64,000 nucleotides of DNA from Octopus sinensis (GCF_006345805.1 NC_043011.1:46388464-46452463); one strand, 5' to 3'; positions 25,020 through 38,335 are shown, counted from the stretch's first letter. Translations and numbers: made by a program. Notes: generated by a model from the sequence alone, not told the origin.

Positions 25020-25820
25020 ACGCGTGGCTGTGTGGTAAGAAGGTTGCTTCTCAACTACATGAGTCTAAGTTCAGTTCCACTGCATTGCACCTTGGGCAAG
25101 TGTCTTCTACTATTGCCCCAGTGTGACCAAAGCCTTGTGAGTGAATTTGGTTGATGGAAAGTGAAGACAGCCTGCTGTTTAGTATCTATGGTAGATCGCT
25201 AGCCACTACACATTCCATATTGTCTCTCCTTGTTTCTTTCTGTGTTCATTTCCGTGGAAGAGCGTAGGCTCGGAACATTAAAGACTTTTTCACTTCCCGA
25301 GCATTATACTAATACATCTGTTTGTTGTCTATGCCACCTGTCTTCGTCTTTTGTCTTTTTTGCGAATTCTCCGTGTATATATATATATATATAAATAATG
25401 AGCGAGATAAATTGAATATTAATCTAATATCAATTTAAAACCAGTAGCCTAGCATACAAAAATCTGAAAAATCAGAGAAAATTCTAATACATGTGTATAT
25501 TTAAAGGGCAAACCCCTAGGTGGTCAGCCGTATGCTAGAAGTAGATCACCTACGATCAAACTACAAAGAATATATTATATATTATATATATGCCTATGTG
25601 TGAATGAGTGACTTTGTGTTTGTGTTTGTCCCCTATCACCACTTGACAACTGGTGCTGGTTTGTTTATTTCTCTGTGACTTAGTGGTATGGCAAAAAGTG
25701 ACTGATAGAATAAGTACCATACTTTAAAGAAAGAAAAATGTTCTGATGTTGATTTGTTCAACTAAAACTCTTCAAGGCAGTACCCCAGTATGTCTGCAGT
25801 CTAATGACTGAAAGATATAA
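25020..25820 (+). mobile_element. Family B SINE halves interrupted by other repeats
   Basis: Head at 25020-25185, 3' part at 25600-25820. Confidence 0.7.
25188..25375 (+). mobile_element. Probable Penelope-like terminal-repeat fragment
   Basis: gaagagcgtaggctcggaac..aaagactttt with a GAGC/GCTC stem resembling a degenerate hammerhead stem II; the family is recalled as a common Octopus repeat, not verified. Confidence 0.45.
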
Positions 25821-26021
25821 GAACAAAAGTCTTCATTTGCAACTAAGAAGCATTGCCACTGTCTTCTCACGACCAATTTCTTTCCTTTTCTGTATTTATT
25901 TGCCCATTCCAATTTTGCAATGCTCCATGCTGAGGATATTTTGTTGGTAAAATAGCACCAACTTCAGCATTTATCAATGTGCTGAAGCTGACAAAATTAT
26001 CGAGATCTACATTATATAACC

Positions 26022-26226
26022 AGGCATGGCTGTGTGGTTAGGGAGCTTGCTTCCTAACTACATGGTTTCGGGTTCAGTCCCACTGCATGGCACTTTGGAT
26101 AGGTGTCTTCCGCTATAGCCCCAAGCCGACCGGAGCTTTGTGATTGAATTCGGTAGGCGGGAGTTACTGCCGTGTGTATCTGTGTGCGTATAGCTGCTCA
26201 GTGCCTCTCTGAAAGAGAGAGAGGGA
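26022..26226 (+). mobile_element. SINE family B variant (B2 tail)
   Basis: Close match to 17420-17620. Confidence 0.8.
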
Positions 26227-26344
26227 TAATAGGATTCAGGGATAAGTTAAATAGAATAAATCACTCTAAGAAGCAGAGAATCTTAAAAATTCACATTCTT
26301 ATCTTCATTTGAGAATGAAGGAAGAGAGAAAGGGATGTCATTTA

Positions 26345-26545
26345 GTTACTCTTTTACTCCTTTACGCTTTTACCTGTTTCAGTCATGTGACTGTGGCCAT
26401 GCCGGAACACTGCCTTTAGTCCAGCAAAAAGACCCCGGGACTTATTCTTTGTAGGTCTAGTACTTATTGTACTGGTCTCTTTTGCTGAACCACTAAGTTA
26501 CGAAGACGTAATCACACCAGCATCAGTTGTCAAGCGATGTTGGGG

Positions 26546-26631
<86 letters not shown>

Positions 26632-26804
26632 CTGTGCAGGTGGCACGTAAAAAGCACCCACTACACTCACGGAGTGGTTGGCGTTAGGAAGGGCATCCAG
26701 CCGTAGAAACACTGCCAAATCTGACTGGGCCTGATGAAGCCTTCCGGCTTCACAGACCCCAGTTAAACCGTCCAACCCATGCTAGCATGGAAAACGGACG
26801 CTAA

Positions 26805-26836
<32 letters not shown>

Positions 26837-27001
26837 ACGACAGGTTTCTTTCAGTTTCCGTCTAGCAAATCCACTCACAAGGCTTTGGTTGGCTCGAGGC
26901 TATAGTAGAAGACGCTTGCCCAAGGTGCAACACAGTGGGACTGAACCCGGAACCATGTGGTTGGTAAGCAAGCTACTTACCACACAGCCACTCCTACGCC
27001 T
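26345..27001 (-). mobile_element. SINE family B split by a family D insertion
   Basis: 3' half at 26345-26550, (CA)n/(TA)n, family D at 26632-26835, 5' half at 26838-27001. Confidence 0.87.
26632..26835 (+). mobile_element. Family D 3' fragment
   Basis: gtgcaggtggcacgtaaaaagcacccac..ctaaatgatgatg. Confidence 0.9.
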
Positions 27002-27135
27002 GTTAATAAACAATGTTTTTTTTTTTTCTTTTTTGCTAACTTGAAGCTAAAATACATTCTCTTTCTTCCTTAAAGCCAGTAGAGAGGTAAGATCCTGTAG
27101 TAGATGCTTCATTTCTTAAGAAAACTAAACAAGCA

Positions 27136-27540
27136 TTGACATGGCTGTATGGTAAGAAGCTTGCTTCCCAACCACATGGTACTGCGTGGGAAGGGATGGA
27201 GTCAGTCCCACTATATGGTACCTTGTGCGAGTGTCTTTTACAACAGCCTCAGGCTAACCAAAGCCCTATGAGTTGATTTGGCTGATAGGAACTGAAAGAA
27301 GCTTGTATGCACACACACATATGTTTGTGTGTGTGTGTGTGTGTATGTGTCACCCTACCACTGCTTGATAACCGGTGTTGGTGTGTTTACATCCCTGTAA
27401 CTTGGCAGTTGAGCAAAAGAAGCTGATAGAATAAGTTCTAGCTTTAATAAAAAAAAAAAGGAAGTCCTGAGGTTAATTTGTTTGACTAAAACCCTTCAAG
27501 GTGGTGCTCCAGCATGGCCACAACCTAATAAATGGTAAAA
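27136..27540 (+). mobile_element. SINE family B, older subfamily
   Basis: ggctgtatggtaagaagcttgcttcccaaccacatgg..aaacccttcaaggtggtgctccagcatggcc. Confidence 0.75.
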
Positions 27541-27607
27541 GAATGTCAAACATTTCCACTAAGTTTCCAACTGACTAATTGTTGTTGATCCAGACCATCA
27601 TTAGCTT

Positions 27608-28278
27608 CAGGGTTGGATTAAGACCCGTCCCATCAAGGCCCTAAACACTTAAGAGATTTTGGTGCTCCCATAAAAAAATTATGTAATTCAAAATATAGAC
27701 AATAACAAACCATAAAATAAATTTTTGTTTTTCAAAACGAAACAAAACAGTAAAAGGGAAAATAGTGTTTATTTTTCTATGCTTCCACTTTATTTATATT
27801 TGAAAAGTTTCCTCCTACTTTTTTGAATTGCAGTCTTTGATCAGGTTCTCAAAATTAATTTTAGGTAACACATCTGCATCTATACTTAGTAGAGATAAAG
27901 GCATCCCAAATATTATTTTAGCAAGTTTAAAGTGATTTCTTTTGTGGTGTAAACCATTTACTATTTCTGTGGTGTCCACTCCTTCCCTTGATGCCCTAAG
28001 CATGTGCTTATTTTGCTTAATATATTTCTTTATTGCCCACAAGGAGCTAAACATAGAGGAGATAAACAAGGACAGACAAAGGGATTAAGTCGATTACATC
28101 GACCCCTGTGCGTAACTGGTACTTTATTTATCGACCCCGAAAGGATGAAAGGCAAAGTCGACCTCAGCAGAATTTGAACTCAGAACGTAACGGCAGAAGA
28201 AATACTGCTAAACATTTTGCCCGGCATGCTAACGATTCTGCCAGCTCGCCGCCTTGCTTAATAGTTAATCCAGTGCTG
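27608..28278 (-). mobile_element. Non-autonomous hAT derivative retaining the transposase C-terminal tip
   Basis: Imperfect TIRs cagggttggattaag / gttaatccagtgctg; near-identical 8-bp TSD attagctt / attagttc; ORF 27815-28069 ends LSLLSIDADVLPKINFENLIKDCNSKK, like the end of the hAT dimerisation domain. Confidence 0.7.
28021..28255 (-). mobile_element. SINE family A nested in the hAT derivative
   Basis: Full-length reverse-complement copy. Confidence 0.9.
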
Positions 28279-28587
28279 ATTAGTTCCCTCAGATTTAGGA
28301 TTTTACACTATTTTGTGGCTTCTCTCTGTAATTCAATTAGCTTCGATCTGAATATGTGTGAAACATAATTTCCACATAATACTTACAGTAAAAAGAAATT
28401 CACGATATCTGAGATAACATCTAGTGAAAAATTCTGGTTTAATTATAATTCATACTGGTGAGTTATTGAATTAGAAATAAACTTCAGCTTTTCTGTTATG
28501 AATCTCAAACATTTCCTGTCATGATCTTTGCACTGTCATTATAATCAGGTGGAGTTAACATCTAGATTGGCTATAGAGGCATACAAA

Positions 28588-28820
28588 AGGTGGCGAGCTG
28601 GCAGAAACGTTAGCGTGCTGGGCGAAATTCATTAGCGATATTTCGTCTGTCGTTACGTTCTGAGTTCAAATTCTGCCGAGGTCAACTTTGCCTTTAATCC
28701 TTTCGAGGTCGATAAATAAAGGACCAGTTTCACACTGGGCTCGATGTACTCGATTTAATCCCTTTGTCTGTCCTTGTTTGACCCCTCTATGTTTAGCCCC
28801 TTGTGGGCAGTAAAGAAATA
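28588..28820 (+). mobile_element. SINE family A, full length
   Basis: 15-bp TSD tatagaggcatacaa at 28572-28586 and 28821-28835. Confidence 0.92.
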
Positions 28821-29964
28821 TATAGAGGCATACAACTGTAAAATATTTCAATTTCCTGTAATGTGAATGACAAAACAATCGTTTATCATTAAAAACACAG
28901 AAAAACCAAAATTTCTGAGATTGTTGGCGGAGCTTGTTGGTTCTGTTTAATATACTATCAACATAACAGAAACAATCTGACTCCATGCGGCAAATTACAG
29001 ATTCAGCTCACTAAGAAAATAATGACAACAATTTTAAAATGCTAGTGAAAGATTAGCATATTAGATGATTAGCAAGAGTTGTGTGTATAGTTACTAATTC
29101 TGCTATGATATTATTTTCTGAGCCACTTTGTCTAGAAAACTCACTTTTACAACATTAACAAGCCTCTTTTTAAGATTCTATAACTAATTTAAGATATCAA
29201 TATTTGTTTTTTTTTATTTTTACGTTTATTTTGTTTTATTTCAAGAAGTAACTTGGTATGTTCCTGTTTTAGTGTAAAAAAGAAAGTGAAAAATATATTC
29301 TGAAAAAAAAAAAAAAAAAGTGGCTTTTAAGTAATAGCACTTTGGTCTTACTGAATTAATTTCAAGAGTGATAAATCTCTGTTAAACAGGATAGCAGTTT
29401 ACTTAGGAGACATATTTGTAAAACTTGGAATTATCTATGGAGTATTTGAGTTTGTTATCCAACATGGAGTGTAAGAAGGATCCATTTGAAAAGGATCCAT
29501 TTGACAAGGGGGCATTAAGTTCAAAATGTTCAGGTGAGAGAAAAATGAAAGAAGTGTTTATGCCTTCTTCAAGCATAACTGGAAATAGCTTTAAATTAGA
29601 ACTGAAAATGGGCCACAACCTAAAGTTATTAGGACAGAACTTATCAAACTTTGAACACAATTTATGTTCAACAAATCAATATTAAACTTTACGGTCTTTC
29701 AGCTGTCTTTTCTATTCCATTACTATTTCATTTATCACTGGTTCATGATTGTACTTCATCAGTCTTTCCCAATACAATATGGCATTACTTTTCCCACTCC
29801 ATCTTTTCATATTATAATTCTCCATTTGTTATCACTGTCAGAATTGCACTGTGCTTCATCAAACATCTTAGTATTTATTGAGATCACTTTTGCCTAAAAA
29901 AACCCCAAAAAACTCTGTCTTCATTTTCTGTTACATGAGAGCTGAGCCTACTGCATTTAAGCAT

Positions 29965-30116
29965 GTGGCGTTAGGAAGGGCATCCAGCTGTAGAAACATT
30001 GCCAGATAAGACTGGAGCCTGGTGCAGCCTTCTGGCTTCCCAGATCCCCGGTCGAACCGTCCAATCCATGCTAGCATGGAGAACGGACGTTAAATGATGA
30101 TGATGATGATGATGAT
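29965..30116 (+). mobile_element. Family D 3' fragment
   Basis: ggcgttaggaagggcatccagctgtagaaac..(gat)n. Confidence 0.9.
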
Positions 30117-31764
30117 TCTATCAGCATCACCAGAGTTAAGTTATAGTATTTGTTATATAATTTGACCCTATTTTCTAAAGTCAAAGACTATTAAGAATTA
30201 TTCATTTACTGAATAATTACCCTTTTTATTATTTCTTTATAACTTTATATGTGGTTTTTCTAAACCCCTCATGATATTTATCACTAAACTAGCCATTTTT
30301 TTTCTTTTCAACATTACCTGTTCCTTCTTTTCTAAATGTACACACCTGTCAGAACTTTGTCAGCAAATTAAGAAATACCTGATTTCATTTGGGTACTACA
30401 AGTTAAATTTTATCAGATTCTTTGCTTTCTACTATTAAAGGAATTGAATTTGATAGAGAGAGAGATTAATCATCTTGATCACAAGATTAAAACCAGAGCA
30501 AAGTCTGTCTAAAATGCTTGAGAATTATATATCTGACATGGAATACAATCAGCTAATACAGTTTATTTAGTGCAAGAGTAAGTAGCTAAGAATTGCAGCA
30601 TATTACTTTTACTTGCAAATCTTACATACAAGAGTTTGAATGAATGTTGACTTGGAGAGGAGTGGGTGAGTTAGCTTGCCAGTAAAGTGGTGTGTTAAAG
30701 AGACAATCTTTTCAGTAACAAATGTCCATGTGCTCTGAAATCAAGTTACTACAATGTGAGGTTTGATAAAAATATCTAAATATAAGCTAGTTATCAATAA
30801 CTTAAAATTCTAAGAGAGAATGGTCTGGGAACTACTTTGCTATAGAAATCAGATAGATGAATATTATATATAATTTATATATTTAAGTTGTGTAGGTTAT
30901 GTGAGTTTCATTATTGTTCAAATACATTACTAAAATTATGAGAGAGAAAATCATGAGAAAGAAAACCATTTGTAGGTGAATGACCAAGAAACAGATTAAA
31001 ATGGAAAAGAGGACACTTTGATTTTATATGTCTTAATTTAAAAATATTTTCCTAATATATAATTGAAAAGAATTATTCATAAATCAAGCATATTTAGAAG
31101 ATGCTTTTACACTGTATACCAGTCTAGACATTGTGTCATGACATTGTTTCAATGTACAAATGAGTAAAGAGAATTATTATTTTAGAAAACAATATACTGA
31201 ATTGGCAAAACGAAAATTTTTTAATGCGTATTCTAGATATCCAACAAATTGCAAATTCTTATTTGACATTCCATATTTTCAAGCCATAATTTACTGTGGT
31301 TTCCCCTCTTTTTCAATAGCAACTGATATTAAAAAAAAAATTTACTTTTAACTTTTCAGGTCTTTCAAATATATAGATCCATCTAATTCATGTCAGTGAA
31401 GAATGAACATATTGAAAGTTTTTAAATCTGGGAATGATATTTATATGGATAAAAGTAAGTTAAATAATGTCCTTGTTTAGTCAGCTTTAAGTGTAATCAC
31501 CTTTTCTTTTTTAGAACTAAAACAAAACTTTTCATAAATATTCACTTTAATCAAAACTACATCTTTTCACAATGAAGAGCTGTAATGTATAAGAAGACAT
31601 ACGATAGAACAGTATTCCTCAAAATATTAGAAATATGGAAATCCAGATACAATTGTAATTTAAGTTTTATATACAAATCATGAATGCCATCACAACTTAG
31701 AGCACCTGGCATCACTCTTAACAGGATTACATTTTAATCTAGCATCCTCTACAAAATTATGTGA

Positions 31765-31767
31765 ATC

Positions 31768-31846
<79 letters not shown>
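31765..31846. repeat. (TA)n microsatellite
   Basis: Direct inspection. Confidence 0.97.
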
Positions 31847-31851
<5 letters not shown>

Positions 31852-32274
31852 TTGAGATTTTCTAGTGAAAATGAAATTAACTCTATCTCAATGTAATATT
31901 TGCAAATATCAATGTTCTTCCTCTGAGGAAATCTTATCTGATCATCCAGAGAACCTCTTTACCACAGTTTTCAGTGTCAGTTTATCATATCTAAGATCAT
32001 GTTGGAGAATCATTCGAACATTAAATTAGAATTCAACAAGATTATCTCATGAATAAGTAGGATGGCTTCCAGTAATTGACATGCTGGATTTTTAGGACAT
32101 AAATTACAATACTGAAAAAGACAGAGCAGATCCCTGGTCATAGCTGCAGGCCTGGATGCTAAATCTTAAACCAAATAAATTAAAACTAATCCAGTCACTG
32201 TATCAACACATTAGTTTTACTCTTTATGGAAGTGAGAGGAAAATTTTGTCTCTAATAAATAGTTGATCATTTCT

Positions 32275-32693
32275 TATTTCTTTATTGCCCACAAGGAGCT
32301 AAACATAGAGGGGGACAAAAAAGGACAGACAAAGGGATTAAGTCATTTACATCAACCCCGGTGCACAACTGGTACTTAATTTATCGACTCCAAAAGGATG
32401 AAAGGCAAAGTCGACCTCGGCGGAATTTGAACTCAGAACGTAATGGACGACGAAATACCTATTTCTTTACTACCCACAAGAGACTAAACACAGAGGAGAC
32501 AAACATGGACAGACAGACATATTAAGTCGTTTACATCGAACCCAGTGCGTAACTGGTACTTAATTTATCAACCCCAAAAGGATGAAAGGCAAAGTTGACC
32601 TCGGTGGAATTTGAACTCAGAACATTACAGCCGACGAAATATCGCTAAGCATTTCAACCGGCGTGATAACATTTCTGCCAACTCGCCGCCTTT
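32275..32693 (-). mobile_element. SINE family A head-to-tail dimer
   Basis: Full monomer plus a 5'-truncated monomer joined near 32460; single 15-bp TSD tagttgatcatttct at 32260-32274 and 32694-32708. Confidence 0.88.
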
Positions 32694-35600
32694 TAGTTGA
32701 TCATTTCTGGAGTAATTGAATAACTTACTGTTACTCCTCTCTCCTCACAGCTGTAGTTGACTAAATGTTTTGAGGAAGATCATTGTGTTCATCAGTCTTT
32801 AATCTTTTTATTTTTAGTCATCCACATTTTTTTTAAGACTGAGTCTTGGGATAAGGTTTCATTAAGCAATCATAATCATATTGATAAATCTGAAAACTTG
32901 AAATCCAATCACGTAATTACTTCATTAATATACACATGAGCAACTGAATATTTTCTATAACATCATTTATGGAACTAGTGCATAATAACAATAATGATAA
33001 TACTGGAAATAGATAAATTATATTCATAGTAACACACGTATACACTTGTGAATACACATGTGCAGATACTGCATTATGAAAGGGACTATAATAATACTCA
33101 AAATAGATTAAATATATTCATAGTAACACATACACACACACAAAAAAAAAATGCATTGTGAAAAACATGCTGTCAGTAAGATAAACTGAACATGTTTATA
33201 GATCAGTGATCAATCGACATGGAGAAAATAGTTAAATTAGATTAGTAAATCACCTCGTAGTCAACACTGAAAAGATTACAGGACTCTGTAGTAGATAATA
33301 CTATGGCAACATATAAATACATTGTTCTTCAGACATGAAAATAACCAGACTTTGGGATATTGGGAAATAGAATAGCAACATACAGCTTTGAAATGGATGA
33401 AATGATGAAATGAAATGATTAAAGATCAAAAGCCGAGGACTCCAAGATTTCATTGAAAGTCTTAATTTTAAGAAAATTGGTAAGTGTGGAATAAATAACA
33501 GAATCGGTGAGTGTGAAAGCCAATTAGTGAACTTATATACCCATTCTTTTATTCTTTTATTCTTTTACTTGTTTCAGTCATTTGACTGTGGCTATGCTGG
33601 AGCACCGCTTTAAACATATGATCAAGGACATAAATAACTGTTGTGGTTTTCTTTAAAACTTGCCACATCATAGCCACTCTTTGAAACTATTCTTTTAATG
33701 TATAATCAGACATATATATTCAGATTCTTTAATACCTGTTCACCATTTGCCACAGAATTCTGTAACAATATTGACTTTCTTTTTAGTTTCATAATTATAT
33801 AAAAAATTCTTATGTTAAGCAAACAAAAAGATGTTAATTAAATTTTCAATATCCAACTCAACATTAAAGTAATACTTTTCTGTCAGGTTTCATTAATCTA
33901 ATTAATTGCATAGTGTGATAATATTCAACGACGTCATTTGCAATGATTTACACGTATAATTTATCCTAGTTCCCAAGGTTTTCCTAAACCTAATGAATCA
34001 CCTTTATGCCATACTTTAATATTACAACTTGTTAGGCGGCGAGTTAGCAGAGTTGTTAGCATTCCAGGAAAAAAATGCTTCGTGGCATTTAGTTTGTCTT
34101 TATGTTCTGAGTTCAAATGCTGCAAACATTATTTCTCTCATTTCTTACAGAAAACAATAATATTTAATGCAGTTTTAAATACAAAAAAAAATTCAATATT
34201 CAAGGGATAATTTGCAATTTAAGTCTGTGGCTCAAAATATTTCCTTGAGGCACAAGAATACTGTATATATTGGCTTATAAGAAGCTCCTTCATCTCTTAT
34301 AAGAAGCTCCTCATTGAATTGTAACCATCCACAAACCTATTAGCTCCTCACTGAAATTTTATATAATATGACATTGTGAGGGCTAAAGAAAATTTTAAAA
34401 CAGTTGAAAAATTGACAAGTACAAAACCAACTCACTTGACAAGTGCAAAATATAAAAATAAAACCATTTCATTGAAAAGCTATGATGACGGTTTGTGAGT
34501 TTTTTGCTGGATGAACAATAGCTAGCATGAACTATGAAATTTAAAGGATGCTAGTCAATAGTTTAAGAGTTAAACGATCACTGTTATGCCTATAAACTTG
34601 CCTTTTTTACTTTATCAATAATTATCTTTAAGTGGATCGTTTTTTTTTTAAGTGAAAATATCTATACCTGTTATAAGCTGTCCTATATATCAGTTGTCCT
34701 TGATATCAATTGTCTAAGTATGAGTTGTCCAAGATGCTCCCATTTCAAATGTAGTTTACTAATATAATCACAAACCCTCAAATTTGGAGGATGAGTATAA
34801 GTGATACTCACTCAATTGGTACTTAATTTATAATCTGTAAACATGAAATCCTAAGTGAAAGTTGCTGGAATTGAAATACAGAATGTAAAGGTATTCTTTT
34901 AATCGCCCCCTCCATTTTCTGTCAACTTATATTGGGCATGATAATGAATATGTCACATATCCCACTAACTTTAAGAAAAACACCGATCTGGGTAATATCA
35001 TTTTATAATTGAATTTATGTGTGCATGCATGTGTCTTGGAGATAAAATGTGAAACTGACTGAAGGATAAAGTTTAAATGAGTGGAGAAAGTAAATGGTAA
35101 TAAAAGACATCCAAGATAATTATGAACATAACAGATAAAGAAAATATGAAGATTATGAACTAAGAAAAGTGGTATTGATTAATAGTGGTATATGATATCC
35201 AGTTGAAAGAGTTGGTTACAGAGGAATTGAAAATGTTAATGATTAATGCCAATCCGAAATATTTAAATGCTATAACAATATACAAAACCAAATATAAAGA
35301 CAGCTGTATGATATCTAATATCAGTATTGAAAAAAAGAGATAAAAGTGTGAACTGAAGATTTCATAAGATATGGAACTATTTCATGTATATTAAAACGTG
35401 CTTTCATAAATAGATTCTCTCAAAGGCGAAACTTGAGTTTTTAGTTGAATAACTTGCTATACAAAGACCCATATTGGTCGTTCTAACAAGCATTATAATG
35501 ATAAGGAACTTTATTTATCCCAAAATGATAGATAAAGTTTGTCATTTGCTGTAGGCCAGGTTATTCTATTTTACTCTCTAAGCTTTTAGTAGCTTATATA

Positions 35601-37316
35601 ACAAGCCTGAAAATGGCTTTTCTTAATATAATTTTCCTAATCATAAAAATTTTACTGACAATTAATTTGACAGATTTTCAAGGGAGCAGCTATGAAGTTG
35701 CTTAACCTCAAAGAAATAGCAATTAATTCATCGAAATAACATCTTGGTATTATCCATTATTATCTATAGTCAAAAGCAGGTGGGTTTTAGATGAAAAGCT
35801 TAACAACATCAGGCTTAACAGCCACAAATACAACTTCACTGTTTTAGCTGCCTGTTCGTGAGTTTAATCTTTGTTTTGAACTGTCTTGAATGTGGGCTGA
35901 TCGGGGCCAATACCAGATGTATGTCAACCAATAAAAGAGCTTCTGCATGGTTCCTCAACCAGCGAGACAGAGCCAAACATACCTCATATCACACTCTGCT
36001 ATCTCAAATTTGGATGGACATATCGGATATTGAAATCCAAAATACACTGAATAATAGAGACAAATCGATTACAACTGGAATACCTTTCATCATAGGTCAG
36101 CTATTCCTGACAATGAATGTCAACAATATACTTACCTATGTCTGCCCAAATTTTACTTTTTTTGTAAGTGATATGCAATTCAGTTCTGCTCCATACATGC
36201 CCCTAGGGTTGTCACGCTTCAATACAGGTTGTTTATGTTATACAATGTTTTAAAGCTATTCATCTTTCTTGTATAAGTAAATTGGAATGTGAATTAAATT
36301 TAAAAAGAAAATCAAAACAGTTTAATTTCTGTTCTGTTTCTTGACTCCAACCACTTATGCAATGTAAATTAATTTTGGCAAATGGTGTAGTAACAAAAGA
36401 AATATCATTAACAAACAAAACAGAAATGAAGCAAACTGCTTCATAATAAAATCAAAATGCAACCTAGACATTGAGATTTCAAGGTTAAATCAAACGGATT
36501 ATATAGCAATGTTCAATGTAATTACAGGTCCCCATTGTTAATTTACAATTTGAAAAGATTTATCAGTGTCATTTAATAATGGAGCACACAAAATCAGAAG
36601 ATTTAAAATAGCACATGTTTACATATAGATAATGATATTTTTGTGAGAAAAACACACTCACAAACGTTGTAAAAGAGAATTAATTTTCCTATCACTTCTC
36701 AATGCAGCCTTAACTGCTATAACCTTTAAAATCAGTCGACAACAGGTAGTACTAGTCAAAGTGGACTTGACTTTTATAATCAATACTAGCTGATACTAAA
36801 TTTAATGCCAAAGAATTGCTTGTTTCCAGGCAACCTGATGATTCTAAATTTCCCTAAATTACCAATAAATACCAAAACAAGAATATGATGCATGACATTC
36901 TGTTGTTCTTTGCTATTTTTTTCTGCTCTTTGATTTCTTTTGTCTTTCCAGGAAATATTTCAATGTAAAGCGATCATTGTGCTTGCCACGACTATCTAGG
37001 ATATAAACAGAAGCAGGTTAAAAACAAAATGTGCTACTACTGGTGAAAAATATATTCATTATTGATATAATTTCAGCTTTTTAATAATTATTTAATTTTT
37101 TGAAAGTATAGTGGGCAAAATCTAAAACAGGGAAATTTGAGTTTTGCTTTCATACTTATTTGTAACTAATCAAGATGTAGAACATATTTAATGATAGTAG
37201 CAATGCTATTTATTAGTAAGGATGTGTTTCCATTAGCTGTGATATCTAATGTTCAATGTTTCAATTTCTGCTTAAACAATCTTATAAATTCTGACAGTGA
37301 TATCTTGACTGTTTCT

Positions 37317-37549
37317 TATTTCTTTATTGCCCACAAGGGGCTACACACAGAGGGGACAAACAAGGAAAGACAAATGGATTAAGTCGATTATATCAACCCC
37401 AGTTCGTAACTGGTACTTATTTAATCGACCCTGAAAGAATGAAAGGCAAAGTCGACCTCGGCGGGATTTGAACTCAGAACGTAGTGGCAGACGAAATACG
37501 GCTAAGGATTTCGCCCGGCATGCTAACGTTTCTGCCAGCTTGCCACCTT
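37317..37549 (-). mobile_element. SINE family A, full length
   Basis: TSD atcttga(c/t)tgtttct at 37302-37316 and 37550-37564. Confidence 0.92.
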
Positions 37550-37871
37550 ATCTTGATTGTTTCTGTGTTATACAATACCTAGACTCTTCATAGTTAGTTC
37601 CAAAAATAAAGCACAAAATCCAGCATTTACATTTCCTATATTATTATATAACATAAATTTATAAGTTTATAGTAATTAGGTTCGAAAATCATCAGTTATG
37701 AAATTTTCTTCTGAACATCTGGTGTTTAAGTTACATAAATCTCCAGATAGATTCCACAGCTCTTTATGTTGTAATAGAAATGAAGAAGAATAAAAGTACT
37801 ACACAAATTATATAACTCTCACATTATGCAAAAAGAGATCCTGTTCCTATTTTTTAGTATTATATTTTCAT

Positions 37872-38044
37872 AGGCGTACGAGTGGCCTGTGTGGTAAGTA
37901 GCTTGCTTACAAACCACATGGTTCCAGGTTCAGTCCCACTGCAAGGCACCTTGGGAAATTGTCTTCTACTATAGCCTCGGGCTGACCAAAGCCATGTGAG
38001 TGGATTTGGTAGATGAAAACTGAAAAAAGCCTGTCGTATATATG

Positions 38045-38085
<41 letters not shown>

Positions 38086-38089
38086 ATGT

Positions 38090-38127
<38 letters not shown>

Positions 38128-38335
38128 TTGTGTGTCTGTGTTTGTCACCCCAACATCGTTTGACAACCGATGCTGGTGTGTTTACGTCCCCGTAACTTAG
38201 AGGTTCAGCAAAAGAGACCGATAGACTAAGTACTAGCTTACAAAGAATAAGTCCTGGGATTGATTTGCTCGACTAAAGGTGGTGCTCCAGCATGGCCACA
38301 GTCACATGACCGAAACAAGTAAAAGAGTAAAAGAG
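37872..38335 (+). mobile_element. SINE family B, full length
   Basis: Consensus head, CORE-like domain, internal (TA)/(TG) tract, tail. Confidence 0.9.

Noticed and set aside
29403-29685. Overlapping 85/86-aa ORFs with a KDPF repeat
   Set aside because: The repeat is a 14-bp tandem duplication (aaggatccatttga); no splice-consistent open exon was found
34270-34312. Short tandem duplications of 14-25 bp (also about 21845, 40005, 40480)
   Set aside because: Common slippage or repair by-products with no further structure
35858-36253. 131-aa plus ORF, and a phase-compatible minus two-exon model (36202-36136, 36046-35983)
   Set aside because: No recognisable homology, a weak first acceptor, and phase match is a 1-in-3 chance; needs RNA-seq
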